DNA of 64,000 bases from Sphyrna mokarran (lineage: Eukaryota): positions 28,210,001-28,274,000 of the forward strand of contig JAGIQG010000004.1 in the NCBI GenBank assembly GCA_024679065.1. Direction: 5' to 3'. Each line of letters begins with the position of its first letter. Position 1 is the stretch's first letter. Shown here in pieces: positions 1 through 12,539 of this stretch. Made by a program: the position numbers and the translations under genes. The notes under the pieces are model-generated. The model saw only the letters and a program-made list of their open reading frames with translations. It was not told the origin of the DNA and searched no databases.

Positions 1-244
1 GCATAACCTGAATGGGTACAGATTCCCATAGTGGCACTTTTTTTTTTTGCAGAGCGAAATGTTCTATGTGACAGCTTGTTTGGGGTGGTGGTTGATGGAG
101 ACAAGTTAGTCCTCTCTGAGCAAAAGTGCAATTGTTATGAACAATGATGTAGACAGATCCAACATTCATGACTTAAAGGGTCTGGAAACTGGAAATGATT
201 AAGCATTGTTATGTTGTCACTGAATACATTTTTTAATTCTACAG

Positions 245-405
245 GCATTCCACCTGTTACAGCTTACTGTAAAGGTGGTTTGAAAATAGAGTTTAACTTC
301 GAACGTTCCAACACAAATCCTAATGTAACTGTTGTTACAATTAGTGCTACCAACTCCACAGAAGGAGACATGACTGACTTTGTATTTCAAGCTGCCGTAC
401 CAAAG
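245..405 (+). CDS. AP1G1: AP-1 complex subunit gamma-1, internal coding exon (start of gamma-ear/GAE domain)
   Basis: Translates (G)[53 protein letters not shown], matching the gamma-adaptin ear; acceptor tctacag at 244, donor AAG|gtattt at 406. Confidence 0.96.
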
Positions 406-1065
406 GTATTTATCTGGTTAATATACTATTAGGCCAAGGTAATTGTTGTTTAAGAAAATTACTTCACAACTGTCCACTAGCTCGGATATTGGGTAATTCA
501 TCAGTTAAAACAATGATTTAACAAAATAAACCCCAGTTTGGCCTAAATAGATTTCCGCAATTTGAAGTCTGTAATATTTGAAGAGCTATTAAGAAAAATG
601 TGGTAATGACCCAGAAAATCCAAATTGAAGAGTTTTTGCCTCAAATGTACAAAATTTATGGAAGTTTATTGAAAGAAAAAAAGGAATGTTGCAGATCCTA
701 AGGAAAGGCAGCAAGTTGATTTCTGTTGCTTGGCAGTGATCACGGCTGTAATCAAGCAGTGTTTTCAGCTTTTTTTGTGCTACGTTATCACAGGCTGCTG
801 AGGAAAGAAAAGTGACAGTTTTGTAAAAGAGCTGTGTTAGATTTGTGAATAAGGGATCAGTGCACTGAGCATTTTTGATTTCATATTGGGTGTCTTGAGT
901 CTGAGTAGTGCCTGATCTTTGATCTTATAAGAGAATTAAATAATTTAACAAATTCTGCTTTTAATCTCATGCATGTTTCAAGTAAACCCACAATACTTTT
1001 AAGACTTAAATATGTGAATTGTTCTATTTGTTTTGAATCAAGGTTGTTTTTCTTGCATTCTGCAG

Positions 1066-1164
1066 ACATTTCAGCTACAGCTTCTTTCTCCAAGTAATAA
1101 TATAATTCCAGCACGAAATGCAGGAGCTGTCACACAGGTCATTAAAGTACTTAATCCACAGAAG
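1066..1164 (+). CDS. AP1G1: AP1G1 penultimate coding exon
   Basis: [33 protein letters not shown]; 99 nt, phase 0/0; acceptor ttctgcag, donor AAG|gtatgt; in frame with both neighbouring exons. Confidence 0.96.
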
Positions 1165-1254
1165 GTATGTCATAGATTCCTCGTGAATTGCAATTTAAAG
1201 GGTTCTTGGCAGCATTTGAGATCATTTTGATGCTGTCTCCCTCTTTGATTTTTT

Positions 1255-1522
1255 AAAGTTAATTTATTTATGTCACAAGTAGGCTTACATTAATACTGCA
1301 ATGATGTTCCTGTGAAAATCCCCTACTTGCCACACACCAGTGTTTATTTGGGTACAGTGAGGGAGAATTTACCATGGCCAATCCACCTAACCAGCAAATC
1401 TATCAGTCTATGGGAGGAAACCAGAGGAAGCAGATATGAGGAGAATGTGCAAACTGCAAACAGGCTGGGAATCTAACGTATGTCCCTGGAGCTATGAGGC
1501 AGTAGTACCACCCACCCAGCCA
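1255..1522 (-). mobile_element. tRNA-derived HE1/V-SINE-like element, tail type B
   Basis: Reverse complement of tRNA-like head, V-core (ggttaggtggattggcc) and tail ggggattttcacag...gtaagcctacttgtgac; same family as 27812, 35270 and 42858. Confidence 0.8.
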
Positions 1523-1785
1523 AGGGTCAGCATTCTTTGTTTTAAATTGCCTAAAATCAAAAGTAATGCAACTACAAAATGAAGATTCAGCATTTCTAAA
1601 CTAATGCTTAGCAAGTTGCTGTTTGGCTGTTATAAAATGTATTTGTATATGGCAAATAAAATACTCACATAGAATTTATACAAAATGGAGAAAGACAAAT
1701 TTAAAATAGCTCCAACTTAATTGTTGCATTGTTTGACTTTTCTAAATAATTTTGCCCATATGGTCACCTTTAAATAAACGTAACA

Positions 1786-3170
1786 TGTTACTTGAGAGAA
1801 AAGTAGTCTCAGACTATGCTGAGTACAGTTGCACTGGATAATCCAGAGCAGAGAACTACAAAAAAAAAGCACTCGTGAAATTTTTCAATGTGCTTTACTG
1901 CAGTATCAAGGGATTGAATGATATGATACCGAGCCCACATTTCCATTTTTGTGATTATTTATTGTATTGACTTTTGATAGCCTATTCAAAATATTTAGTC
2001 ATGGTTACCTTAGAAATAATAAGGTATTTCTATAAAATCGGTTTCTTGAACCAAAGATACTGTTGATGATCATGGTGTAGCTAAACCAGTCACAGCTTTG
2101 GTTATGGCACTGTTTTTCATTAAAATTATTTGAAACTATAAAGTGCAGCATTAGTTTTTTTTATCCAATGAAAACAATGAGCTTTTTAGGTTTTTTTGTT
2201 AATTAGTATGATCTAACTAGAAAGGATTGAGAGCTGTAAATGGGGTTCCATATCCTGACTTGGTCTAACTGAAGTCGGCGCTGTTTAGACAGCATGTGAA
2301 AACTTGCATTGTTTTGCGGGCATCCATTTGCTAAGAAACAATGAGAATAAAATGTACTTATTATATCCCATTTTTGAGATTTTACCTTAACATGCACTTT
2401 TTGCCATTTAATTCCCAACAATTGGTTCAGATTCCACTAGTAATGTCACTTCTGCATAAATGTAGCTTTGCTGTGTGGGAATTTACTTCATTTTCCTTCA
2501 CTCTTCTCCCAGTGACTGGAATTGCAAGTTGCATTTCTACACAATTCCAGTCATATTTTTTAAGGAATAATGTCCCCACCCATTCAAGTACCCATTAAAA
2601 GTAATTTACATATCTCCAAATGTAAAATCTTCCATGAACCAGTGCATTCCAGTGCTTTAGAATTTTTGCAGTTAAAAAGATTGCTGTTATATGCAGCATT
2701 ACTAATATAGCTGAAAGATATTTGCATTCGCAATTAGGATTTTGCATAGTTCACCTGATCTTAAGTAACCAAATGGCTTTTAAAAATTACTGCAGAGTCA
2801 TTTAATTGTTTCATTGGTGCGTAATTAGTTGCATAGCAAATTGAATTGTTTATTTTTAAAAGGTTGATAATCAATTGTTTTTGTACCAAATGCACTACTT
2901 CTAAGAGCCTGTCCAAAGACACGTACACAATTGCAATTGGCAAAAATCAATAGTGATTGATTTGCTGTGGCCATTTTCTAGGGCAATATTCAACTTCAAC
3001 CTAAGTAATAATTGGGAAATCTGGGCTCGGTATCTTATTCAACCTCTTGATACTGCAGTTAAGCACACTGAAAAATTTCACAAGTGCTTTTTTTTTGTGG
3101 TTCTTTGCCCTGAGTTACCCAGTGCAACTATATTCAGCATAGTCTGAGACTACTTTTCTCTCGAGTAACA
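1786..3170. mobile_element. Non-autonomous DNA transposon with about 160-bp terminal inverted repeats (Ginger-like TGT...ACA ends)
   Basis: 1786-1944 (tgttacttgagagaaaagtagtctcagactatgctga...) is the reverse complement of 3015-3170 (...tcagcatagtctgagactacttttctctcgagtaaca) with scattered mismatches; flanks aaca/aata may be a mutated 4-bp TSD. Confidence 0.75.
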
Positions 3171-3879
3171 AATATAACCACAAACCACTGGTTTTGAAAC
3201 TAAAACAGCCAGTACATTTCATATGAACACTTGTATGAAGCAGCAAAATAATCGCAAACTACAATTTATATGTGCAAAATGAGAAATCTGTAAAGGGGTG
3301 ATTCACTGACCCTTTGGGAGATCTGCCTCTGGTCCAGTTGCAATGTTTCTGTGAACTAACAAATCAAGTTCTTATGGTATGCGGACTTTGGTCTTCTATG
3401 TAAAAAAAAAAAACAAAGATTGATAACAGTCATCATTGTTTCAATGAATTTTGTTGGATTAACCATGGATTTTTTTTTTTAAAGAGATCATGTACCCATT
3501 CTGAATATGTGTGTGGGGAGTAGATACAAGGTGGGAATGGTGGAGTTGGAGAAATTCAAGGCTTTGAATTACCACTTTGAGATCCACAATTATGAACTAG
3601 GATCATAGGTATTGGGCTAATCCAGTTAAGATTTTGGATCAGTAATCAGCTAAGCAGAAGTTTGTAAAAGATAGTTTAAGTTAGTTCTGTTGAACATAAA
3701 GTGAAGACCTAGTTCATTTTAGGCAAATGACACCATGAGAGATAAGAAATGCCTGTTTCGTGTCTTCAGAACTCTGACCTTTTGTGGTTATTAGGGCTTA
3801 AAGTGGCAACAGCACTTCCTCACTGGAGAAAAACAAGTCCACCATTCCTGGCACTTGAGAAGGCAGGTGGAATTTGGAG

Positions 3880-4680
3880 CTCTATCTAGAGGGATTGAAT
3901 ACAAAAACAATCACGTTAACTCTATATAGAGTAATATTCAAGCTTATTTGGAATGTTGTTTGCAGTCTTGCTCTAAAAAAAATCTAATAGTCTTAGAGAG
4001 CTACAATGAATATTTATCAGGATCCCAACAGAGATTAGGTGAATGAAAGGTAATGCATTTTGATTGACAGAACCAGATGGGACTTGCTCAGTTAATGGTA
4101 AGGTGTTGGGGAGAGTTATGGAACAGAGAGATCTAGGGGTACAGGTTCATAGCGCCTTGAAAGTGGGGCCACAGGTGGACAGTGGTGAAGAAGGCATTCG
4201 GCATGCTTGGTTTCATTGATCAAACCATTGATGACAGGAGTTGGGATGTCTTTTGAAGTTGTACGAGATACTAGTAAGACCACACTTGGAATACTGTGTA
4301 CAGTTCTGGTCACCCTATTATAGAAAGGATATTATTAAACTAAAAAGAGTGCAGAAAAGATTTACTAGATGCTAGTGGAATTTGATGGTTTGAATTATAA
4401 GGAGATTGCTGGATAGACTGGGACTTTTTCTCTGGAGTGTAGGAACTTAGGGCTGATCTTATAGAGATTTATAAAATAATGAAGGGCATAGATCAGCTAG
4501 GTCGTCAATATCTTTTCCCAAAGGTAGAGGAGCCTAAAACTAGGTTTAAGGTGAGAGGGGAGAGATACAAAAGGGTCAAGAGGGGCAATTTTTTGAGAAT
4601 GGCGAGTGTTTGAAACAAGCTGCCAGAAGTAGTAGTAGAGGTGGGTACTTTTTAGTACAAGATGCTAAAAGACACTTTTT
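3880..4680 (+). mobile_element. Degenerate CR1 LINE 3' fragments
   Basis: [18 protein letters not shown]-type coding remnant at about 4278-4330, homologous to 17772-18446. Confidence 0.8.
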
Positions 4681-4709
4681 AAAATTTCTTTGTCTGAGGA
4701 GTAAAACCA

Positions 4710-4900
4710 CATGACATCGGAGCAGAGTTAGGCCACTCGGCCCTTCAAGTCTGCTCCACCATTCAATCATGCTGATATATTTCTCATTCCCATTCTCCTG
4801 CCTTTTCCCCCATAATTGCTGATCTCCCTATTAATCAAAAACCTAACTATCTGTCTTAAAGACACTTAATGACCTAGCCTCCACAGCCTTCTACAGCGTG
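4710..4900 (-). mobile_element. CR1-family 3' tail fragment
   Basis: ggagcagagttaggccactcggcccttcaagtctgctccaccattcaatcat is the reverse complement of a CR1-type 3' end. Confidence 0.65.
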
Positions 4901-4939
4901 TGAATGATAAGCAAGTGCCAGACTTGGCTCAAATGATAA

Positions 4940-5100
4940 AAGCAAAGTATTGCAGATGCTGCAAATCTGAAATAAAAACAGAAAATGCTGGATAAACTCA
5001 GCAGTTCTGTAGAAGAGCCATGTGAATCCAAAACATAACTCTTCCTCTGCATAGATGCTGCTAGACCTGCTGAGTTTATCCAATATTTTCTGTTTCTGTT
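4940..5100. repeat. Short foldback repeat, probably derived from a Penelope-like element end
   Basis: aaacagaaaatgctggataaactcagcag ... ctgctgagtttatccaatattttctgttt inverted arms; related agatgctg..agacctgctgag copies at about 22050-22170, 23615-23710, 24620-24715 and 54800-54930. Confidence 0.55.
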
Positions 5101-5805
5101 CATTCAAATGATGGCACTCTTGTTGAGCTTAATTTTTTGTTTTAAGTTATTCTTGAATTTTTGGCTTCTTGTTTGAACCTTCCACTTTACAGCCCACATA
5201 AAAAGGTTAACTGGTTATTTTGCAATGTAGAACCAATCGGCTGAAACCTGAGTGAATAACTTGACTTAACTGTAAAATCTGATGTTTAGAACTTCATTCT
5301 TTAAGCGCAGAGTTACTAGAATAATTTGTAGTTCCCTTTTAAATATGATCTCCTTCCCATAGGAATTTTTAAAGCATTACCTTCCTTGATCTAAACCCAG
5401 GTTAATGCGTATTTTACTGCTGAGACTATGGATTCAATTCATTTAATCACGTGCTTTGAGCCACACTGGCAAGTCACATCAATTGACCATCTTATTGTGA
5501 GCATGGTACAGCAATTGTACAAATAAATAGCAAGCTAAACTGCTTCAAAGTAGCATTAAGGGTCAACTGAAGAAAGTGGACTGGTCATACAGGCTGCATC
5601 AGGTTCGGATACTGTTCCCAGTCGACAATTTTTACAAATGCCAGTAACATTTATGGTCTTTTTTCCCGCTGCAGTCTACAAGTTAACAGATCTATTAAAT
5701 TCAAATTTGCAATTGCAATTTAAAGTTGCAGCTCCTGGGCTGCTGATCCACAGCCTTACATAGCTATTGTTTTTCTTTTAATCAATTTTGTCTGTTTGCT
5801 TTTAG

Positions 5806-5907
5806 CAACAACTTCGCATGAGGATAAAGATCACATATAACCTCAATGGAGCGCCAGTGCAAGATTTAGCAGAAGTAAATAACTTTCCCCCTCAATCGTG
5901 GCAGTGA
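5806..5907 (+). CDS. AP1G1: AP1G1 last coding exon with stop codon
   Basis: After acceptor ttgcttttag: [33 protein letters not shown] (TGA 5905-5907), the conserved AP1G1 C-terminus; not listed in the ORF track. Confidence 0.97.
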   Translation, partial: QQLRMRIKITYNLNGAPVQDLAEVNNFPPQSWQ

Positions 5908-8900
5908 TTGTTTGGGTGGTAACATCCTCTTTTCCACCAGTGGATTTTGGTAAATCTTTGGGAAGGTCATATCCTAAGAGTGCCCTTATGCACAACATCA
6001 TAAAATGTATATCAGCCCTCCGTGTGGGTTGCAAAATTAATGAACAAACTTTGAGGAATATCATGCCTACAAATGCTGATCACTTTTCAAAACATACTCA
6101 TATGAGTCTCTCTCAACATCATGTTCATCGTTGGAGTATCTGTTTATGGTATGCACTACACACTCTTCCTGCTTTACCCAGTGATTTTTGCAGAACTTGG
6201 AGCATTTGCACAGAAGATGTGATCCAGTTTGTTAGTAAGTGCCCAGCAGCTTTGCAAGATTTCAGAGCACATCAAGAAGCTATTGTTTTTCTACTATTCA
6301 CCACTTGCATTTATGGGGAACTAGAGCAAAGAATGTTGTAAAGTGGTTGCAGTGGATTCTATACCATAATGATTTTTCATTCAACAAAAGATCTCACAAT
6401 AAAATATCCAACTGTCTTTGAAAGCAGTTTTGCCCTCTTTAGCATTTAACTTGTAAACAGTATAGGTTATATTAGATGATTCTCAATGTTTTGTCATCCA
6501 GAAATCTACTTTTCATGGGAGAGGATTCCTGATGCTTGCTCAGTCAGAAAACAGTACCAGTTAAATCACTTGCTGAATTTTGATAATGAGCTCAATATCT
6601 GTGACAATCTGATTTAGCAGCAAAGAATCTTCGTTGTATCATTGTTCTCTTGAACAATGTGACTTTCTGCCTTGTTTTTCAAAAGCATAATTTTTAAAAT
6701 GGTCTACGGTATAAAGCTTGAATCTAATTTTTTAACAAGTCTGCAAAGCTAGTAATTTGATACTATTCCATCTGCACTGTGGCTAATTTGCTAACCTCAA
6801 TTGTCTGGACAGGAAAGTATTTTGATTATTGGTTCCCTCGTTTTCTGTTACAAGATTAATAATTTCGATATAACGTATCGGCAAAATATTAGTAGTCAAA
6901 CATTTCAGCTTCCTTGCTCAATCTGATGCATTAAAGGTCATGTGGCAGTTTGGTATTTCCTGGTCAACTTTGTCTCTTATGAAATACATTTGTCAGTTAA
7001 ATTATGTAACAATTTTTTTTGAAGGTTTTTAAACTTCAAATTTGGTTTAAAAATAAGTTTTGTGTATTAGCATTTTGGTACTGGTGATTGGTGTCCAACA
7101 AATCTTAAGATATGTGAATACTTGGAAGTTCCTATTGTGATTAAAATACATTGATAGTCTATTCACTTTCATGGTCTTAAAATTGCAGAATTTTTCCCAG
7201 TATATTGTTAGTAAATCAATGCACTAACTCAATGTCTTAAAGATCGTAAGTCTTAAAGTAACAGTGGAAACTTTGAACATTTTATGATTCTACAAATGGA
7301 TGAATGCAAAGGGATATGGCAATTTAAATCTCAAGATTTACTTAACTAAAACTGAGCAAAATGGCTTAAATAAAAGTATTTCCCTTTTGATGTGAAATTT
7401 TAAAGTGGCTTACAACATTGGGAGTTTTTTTAAATATTGTATTTTCTAGCACAAGTACTCACTTGCCCGTTACAAGTATGGTTTATAGCTGCCATCTTAT
7501 TTGGTTTTTTGAATTGTGGGTAAGGAGGACAAATATTTAATTTTTTTCCGGAGAGAAATATGTCAGACAGTTTTTGACAAGTCCTGAATGTATTGGGCAG
7601 TTGATGGTATATATACTTGATGCTCTTAACAGCTGTAAGTGTAAAAATACTGCTGCTTCAGTAACTTTTATAAGAATTTTTAAATTGAGGCTATTGCAAA
7701 ACATAGCAAGCAGTTTTGGTCTTTGAAAGAAGTTAGACTTAACTGTTGGAAATGCTAATTTGTATGCATAGTATATAAACTGCAGTGTGTTTTTGCAAGA
7801 TCACCTGGATTCAATAAATGAGTTATGCTGGTAATTGTATCAGCATAACTACAGTCTCCTTGTTTAACATGAAACATGGATTAATACAATGGAAGAAAGT
7901 TTTTATTATGGTCTGTTGAAAGAACATCTAGGATTAAAAATATTTTCATAATGCAGTCTCTGACATACAAAATCATTCCATTATATAAATAGAGGAGTTG
8001 TGATTTATTTACATTGACGCAACCTGATTCTACATAGCTGAGGAAAAATGGATATTTCTCATGTTCGTGATTGCTAGTTATTTTGTTTAAACATTCATGC
8101 TTAGTTATGTATGTATAGTCGTACTGACTGCAGGATAACACTTGTCTCCAAGAATGTGGATTGCTGAGATTGTCTCCTTTACCACTTGGCAAAAGTTATT
8201 CATGCATCATTTCAGTCAGTCGATTCACTTCGTTTAATGGACCATCTGAACTGACAGTTTAACCTCACTACCTTAATGAAACAGCTGTGCCTGTGCAATT
8301 ATGTGCATTTGAATTATTTTTGATCACTTTATAAACTAAAAGTTTAGGTCAAAGTTTAATTTTGGTTTGGTAGAGCAATAATAAATTGAATGAATCTCAT
8401 GGCTTCCCCGATGGTTTAAAATCTATACTGATAAAAATGAGCCCATTTATTAAGTGAAACATTCTTTTGTAATTTAAATTTTATTTCATGAAGACTTTAA
8501 TCTGTTTTGGGAATAACAGTAATTTCAACTGTATTTTATTCACTGTTAACTTTGGGTCATAAAATATGCAAAATTATTTTGGAGTCTGAGTTCTTACAGA
8601 GCCAGAGACAAGAATAGGCAATAAAGTATTGTATCCCAGAAAATGAACTGCATTGTTAATTAATGTCCCCAAGTTAAACTGAATAACTGATATGGCTCCT
8701 TAAGATTCTACATGAGATTGAAAAAATAAATTTCCATTAAGTGACAACAGTAACCTTAATATGGACATTTATTGCATGATGTCATTCATTACATACTGAT
8801 GAAAAGTACTTCATTACTTCAAAAAATATTTTAAATTTACTGTCTGTATGCATCAGCTCAGGGCATAATTTCAGCTAGTTTTAATCTCAGAGACAGTATT

Positions 8901-11450
8901 TCCTTATCATTTATTTGGTATCTTCCAGTTGAACAGGGATACAAATGATTTCCTGGCCAGCTGAGATTGAGATTCCATACTAATGATGATTTATGTTTTC
9001 AATTCGTATCTTTTGTGATTTTTTACAACTGGCAGATACATTGGCCTTCATTGGTCACATTGGGAATCTTTGCTATAATAGATTAATGAGCGATCAGTGT
9101 GTACAAGTTAAGTCTTGATTTTGGTCACTTTGATCATAAACATAGCTTATTTTTCTTTTCCTTTTAATCTTCAACCATCTGGAGTGATTCATTTAGCACT
9201 GATCAGAAATTGAATCCCCCAGTTTATGAAGCTCTGTTCCACATCATCCAAAATATTTACACATTTTTTAATGAACATATGTAAAGTTTAGTCATTTGAG
9301 TTCATCTCCGTAGTAAACGCTGAAAGGGATTCTGTTTAGACATGGGCCAGGATTTTATGGCCCTTTCTACCCAGCAGAATGTTATGGTCCCACCAAATTT
9401 AATGGAGATTTAAATGGCTCACCACATTGAAGTGGATTTGGAGTGTGGACACCTTGTGGTGCGGCCATAAAATCCTGGCTGTGATTTCTAATACACCAGT
9501 TTTGAAAAATGTAGCAACGGTGTAGATGGAACAAAAATATTTGCCTTTGAAACATTCTTGAAGAAATTCAAATTATTTCAAACAAAGCAATGCCGCCTAT
9601 CTGTTAACCTTTTCCAAGTCTCAAAAGTCATATGTTTGCTGTGCTGACTATTCAAATTCATCATAGCACTGGATTTTTTACTTGGGGTTATTTAAACTGC
9701 AAATCACTTAGCAGGTGTAAATATTAAAATGAGTGAAAAGCAGATGTGAGCACTCCCATGCTGTTGGATACAGAGACTTTGATATGAATGTGTAGTAATG
9801 AAATGATTAGTGTCTAATATCTGAAGGGAAGCAGTGTAATTAAATATTTTGATTTTTGTGCATTATTCTTCAGGTCTGCAGAAGAAATATAAATACTTGG
9901 GATTGGGGTGGGCAAGCTTGAGAAATAAGCAGACATTTTAACTACTGATTAAATTCCTTTCATATGCTGTGCAATAATGTTGAGGAAATATGGTTCAGCT
10001 TGTTTTCAGGTTCTGTGTTGATCTGTTAACATTATCTCTGGTATTTTTATTGCTTTGAATCTTTGTGCTGTAAACTAGTTGTTTCTGCACTTGCACCTTT
10101 ACTATTCTATACAGACTCTAAATTTGAACCGGTTGTTTTGTCACATGGCTTGAAAGCGCCATATCAGTCCCACTTCCATTCCTTTTGCTGGGCCATGAGT
10201 AACAAAGCATCAAATGCATTAATAGTGGACAGGTTTTTCATCATCTGCTTACATTCTTATAGGTGTAAATTTTCACAATCTTTTCTTGGGACTGCTTTCC
10301 TAAACTTCATGCATGCATCCAAGAATCTTAAATTGGATCAGTTATAATCTAACAAGTATAAGTAGAGTTCTGTTAGTTTCATATCACCTGCCAACACCTT
10401 AATTATTGCCAGATTAGTTAATTTATTTCAATAAAAAAAAATATATTGATAGTTAGGTGCAAAGAATATCTTTACTCACAAAGATGATTGCATCACTGGG
10501 AAGATGCATATTGAAATTTGCTGGGATGCTTCCATTTTTCTTTAAGTTCTCATCCAGCATAGCTATGAGAGATGAAGGCGTTGTGATAAGTTAGATAAAA
10601 TGTACCTGAGGTGAACTGATGACAGTTGAGCTCATCTGTATCCCTTTAGGTGTGTGTGCACCCAGGCACAAGAAAGCATAGTCATTAGATTTAAGGAGGG
10701 GGCTACAGTTCTACTTGCCTTTTTCCAGGGCCAGGTTTCAAGAGCATTGTTACCAAGATTGAGGGGGTGGGGGGAGAAAATATTTTGGGAAACTGGGCTT
10801 AAAAATAAAAGATTGTATTGATCTGAAACATGGTGCGATCCAGGATGTAAAATGGAGGTTGGAGTGGGCTAATTTTGGAGCCTTGTTTGAACTATCCTGG
10901 TCTAATCTGTACCTCTGAAAATTGGTTAGAGCTGTGTTCGGAATGCATGATTTTTTTAAAACAAAACCTGTGTAAATAGCCTGATTTGTACTTGATTTCC
11001 ACTATCCAACATGTTAAAAGCAGATTTGACTGGTGAAACTGAGCCTGCAGCTTTTGGAATTTGAATGTATCATTCCATTGTTTTTACTGCAAGACTGCAT
11101 TGTTACAGTACCTCATGGTGCTGCGAAAGGAGGGAATGAAATCCTGGGTTGTATCACCTTCCCCATCCCTCTGGTTTTCCTCCATAAGGTGTGCTGCCTG
11201 TGATACTTTAACCTCATCTATATCTTTCAAAGTTTTATGGAGTAAATTTATCATTGGGAAATTAAACAATTACTACAAACTTATTTTTTGAGATATTGTA
11301 CAAAATAAAGTCCATTGATCTTAAAAGTGGATGGGACATAAAGGTTGTAAACGCTTACCTGGGACATTTTAGAATTCTGTATGTATTGTCTTTTGGGTTG
11401 GAAAAATTGATCATTGACTAATAAAAATGGAAAAGTCCATAATTAACACT
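5908..11450 (+). other. AP1G1: Probable long AP1G1 3' UTR (about 5.5 kb)
   Basis: AU-rich and nearly free of SINE/LINE insertions, unlike the flanks; several AATAAA hexamers; repeats resume at about 11900. The 3' end is inferred. Confidence 0.6.
9344..9481. mobile_element. MITE-like element inside the probable AP1G1 3' UTR
   Basis: Perfect 17-bp inverted repeat gccaggattttatggcc (9346-9362) / ggccataaaatcctggc (9463-9479). Confidence 0.65.
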
Positions 11451-11480
11451 TTGTGTTTTATTACTGGCATGTTGTGGGCT
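11420..11480 (+). terminator. Candidate distal polyadenylation signal of AP1G1
   Basis: AATAAA at 11420-11425 followed about 25-55 nt later by GU/U-rich ttgtgttttattactggcatgttgtggg; a second AATAAA at 11304-11309. Confidence 0.55.
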
Positions 11481-11902
11481 AAATAATGTTATGCATGATT
11501 GATATAGACTGCTTAAAAATAATTGATTGCTACAGCAATTTCCGAAGCATTAAATTAGAAGCAAATCCAAACCATCTATCAATGATCTCCTTTCTATACC
11601 CTCAGTGTACTCTAATTTTATCCCTAATGTGTGCTCTGTTTATTCTGAATTGAAGAATAACTGGCTTACATTTTTTGGAACATCTGAAATCTTTCTTTAA
11701 TGGTTATAGGCACAATTTTGGTTAAGGCCAAACCACTGTCTTCACCAAAATCTGTCCATCTAGGATGCATCCTGTCAGGATAGCATTTTTATTTTATAGT
11801 CCCATTAATCTTTGTTTCTCCTATAATATCTCCTCTTGAGATATTATAGGAGGAGAAACTCTTCATGCTTTCATGTTTTCCTTGATCACAATACTTTTCA
11901 TA

Positions 11903-12160
11903 TCAATTCCCAGCTTGGGTCACTGTCAGTGTGGAGTTTGCACATTATCCGTGTCTCTGTGGGTTTCCTCCAGATACCCCATTTCCTCCCATAGACTAAA
12001 GATATGCGGGATAGGTGAATTGGCTGGGCATATTGTCCCTTAATGTACGGGGACCAGTTAGGGTAAATGTGTAGGGTTATGGGGTGGGGCCTGGATGGGA
12101 TTGTGGTCAGTACAGACTAGATGGAGCTAATGGTCTCCTGCATTGTATGATTCTATGATG
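11903..12160 (+). mobile_element. HE1/V-SINE-like element, tail type A (CR1-like 3' end)
   Basis: B-box remnant tcaattccc, cactgtc..tgtggagtttgcacatt, V-core, tail ending gattctatgatgattct. Confidence 0.8.
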
Positions 12161-12539
12161 ATTCTGCCATCTTCTCAATTACGAGGTAGTGACAAGTTAA
12201 AATTCTTAGTGAACCACAGTCTACTCAATATACTTGCTATAGAAAACAAACAGAAGGAAGTGCAGTAGATACCTCTTAATCGGCACAGATAAGTAAATGT
12301 TTTAAAATCCATTAACTGCAGACTTCTAATACTGGTTGGAAATATGGAGTGATTGTCAATGGGAAAAATTATAAATTATAAATGAACATTTCTGGGGGAA
12401 GAATAGACTAAAATTCTTAACAATTGTGCAAATTCTAAGATACACACAAAATGTCGTCTAATTTTTTTGCTACTTGTCATATACCCCCCTCTCTTTCCCC
12501 CATACTGTGGCCCCCCCCCAAATCCAACCTAATAAATCA

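Noticed and set aside
1-1065. Intronic snoRNA (SNORD71 is hosted in mammalian AP1G1)
   Set aside because: No convincing box C/box D pair with terminal stem, and no clear H/ACA structure, in the introns visible here.
5898-6341. 147-aa ORF overlapping the AP1G1 stop
   Set aside because: GTG start, different frame, no recognisable homology; lies in the 3' UTR.
10429-10442. AATAAA merged with an A-run as the AP1G1 transcript end
   Set aside because: Genomic A-run prone to internal priming; weaker downstream element than the 11420 site.
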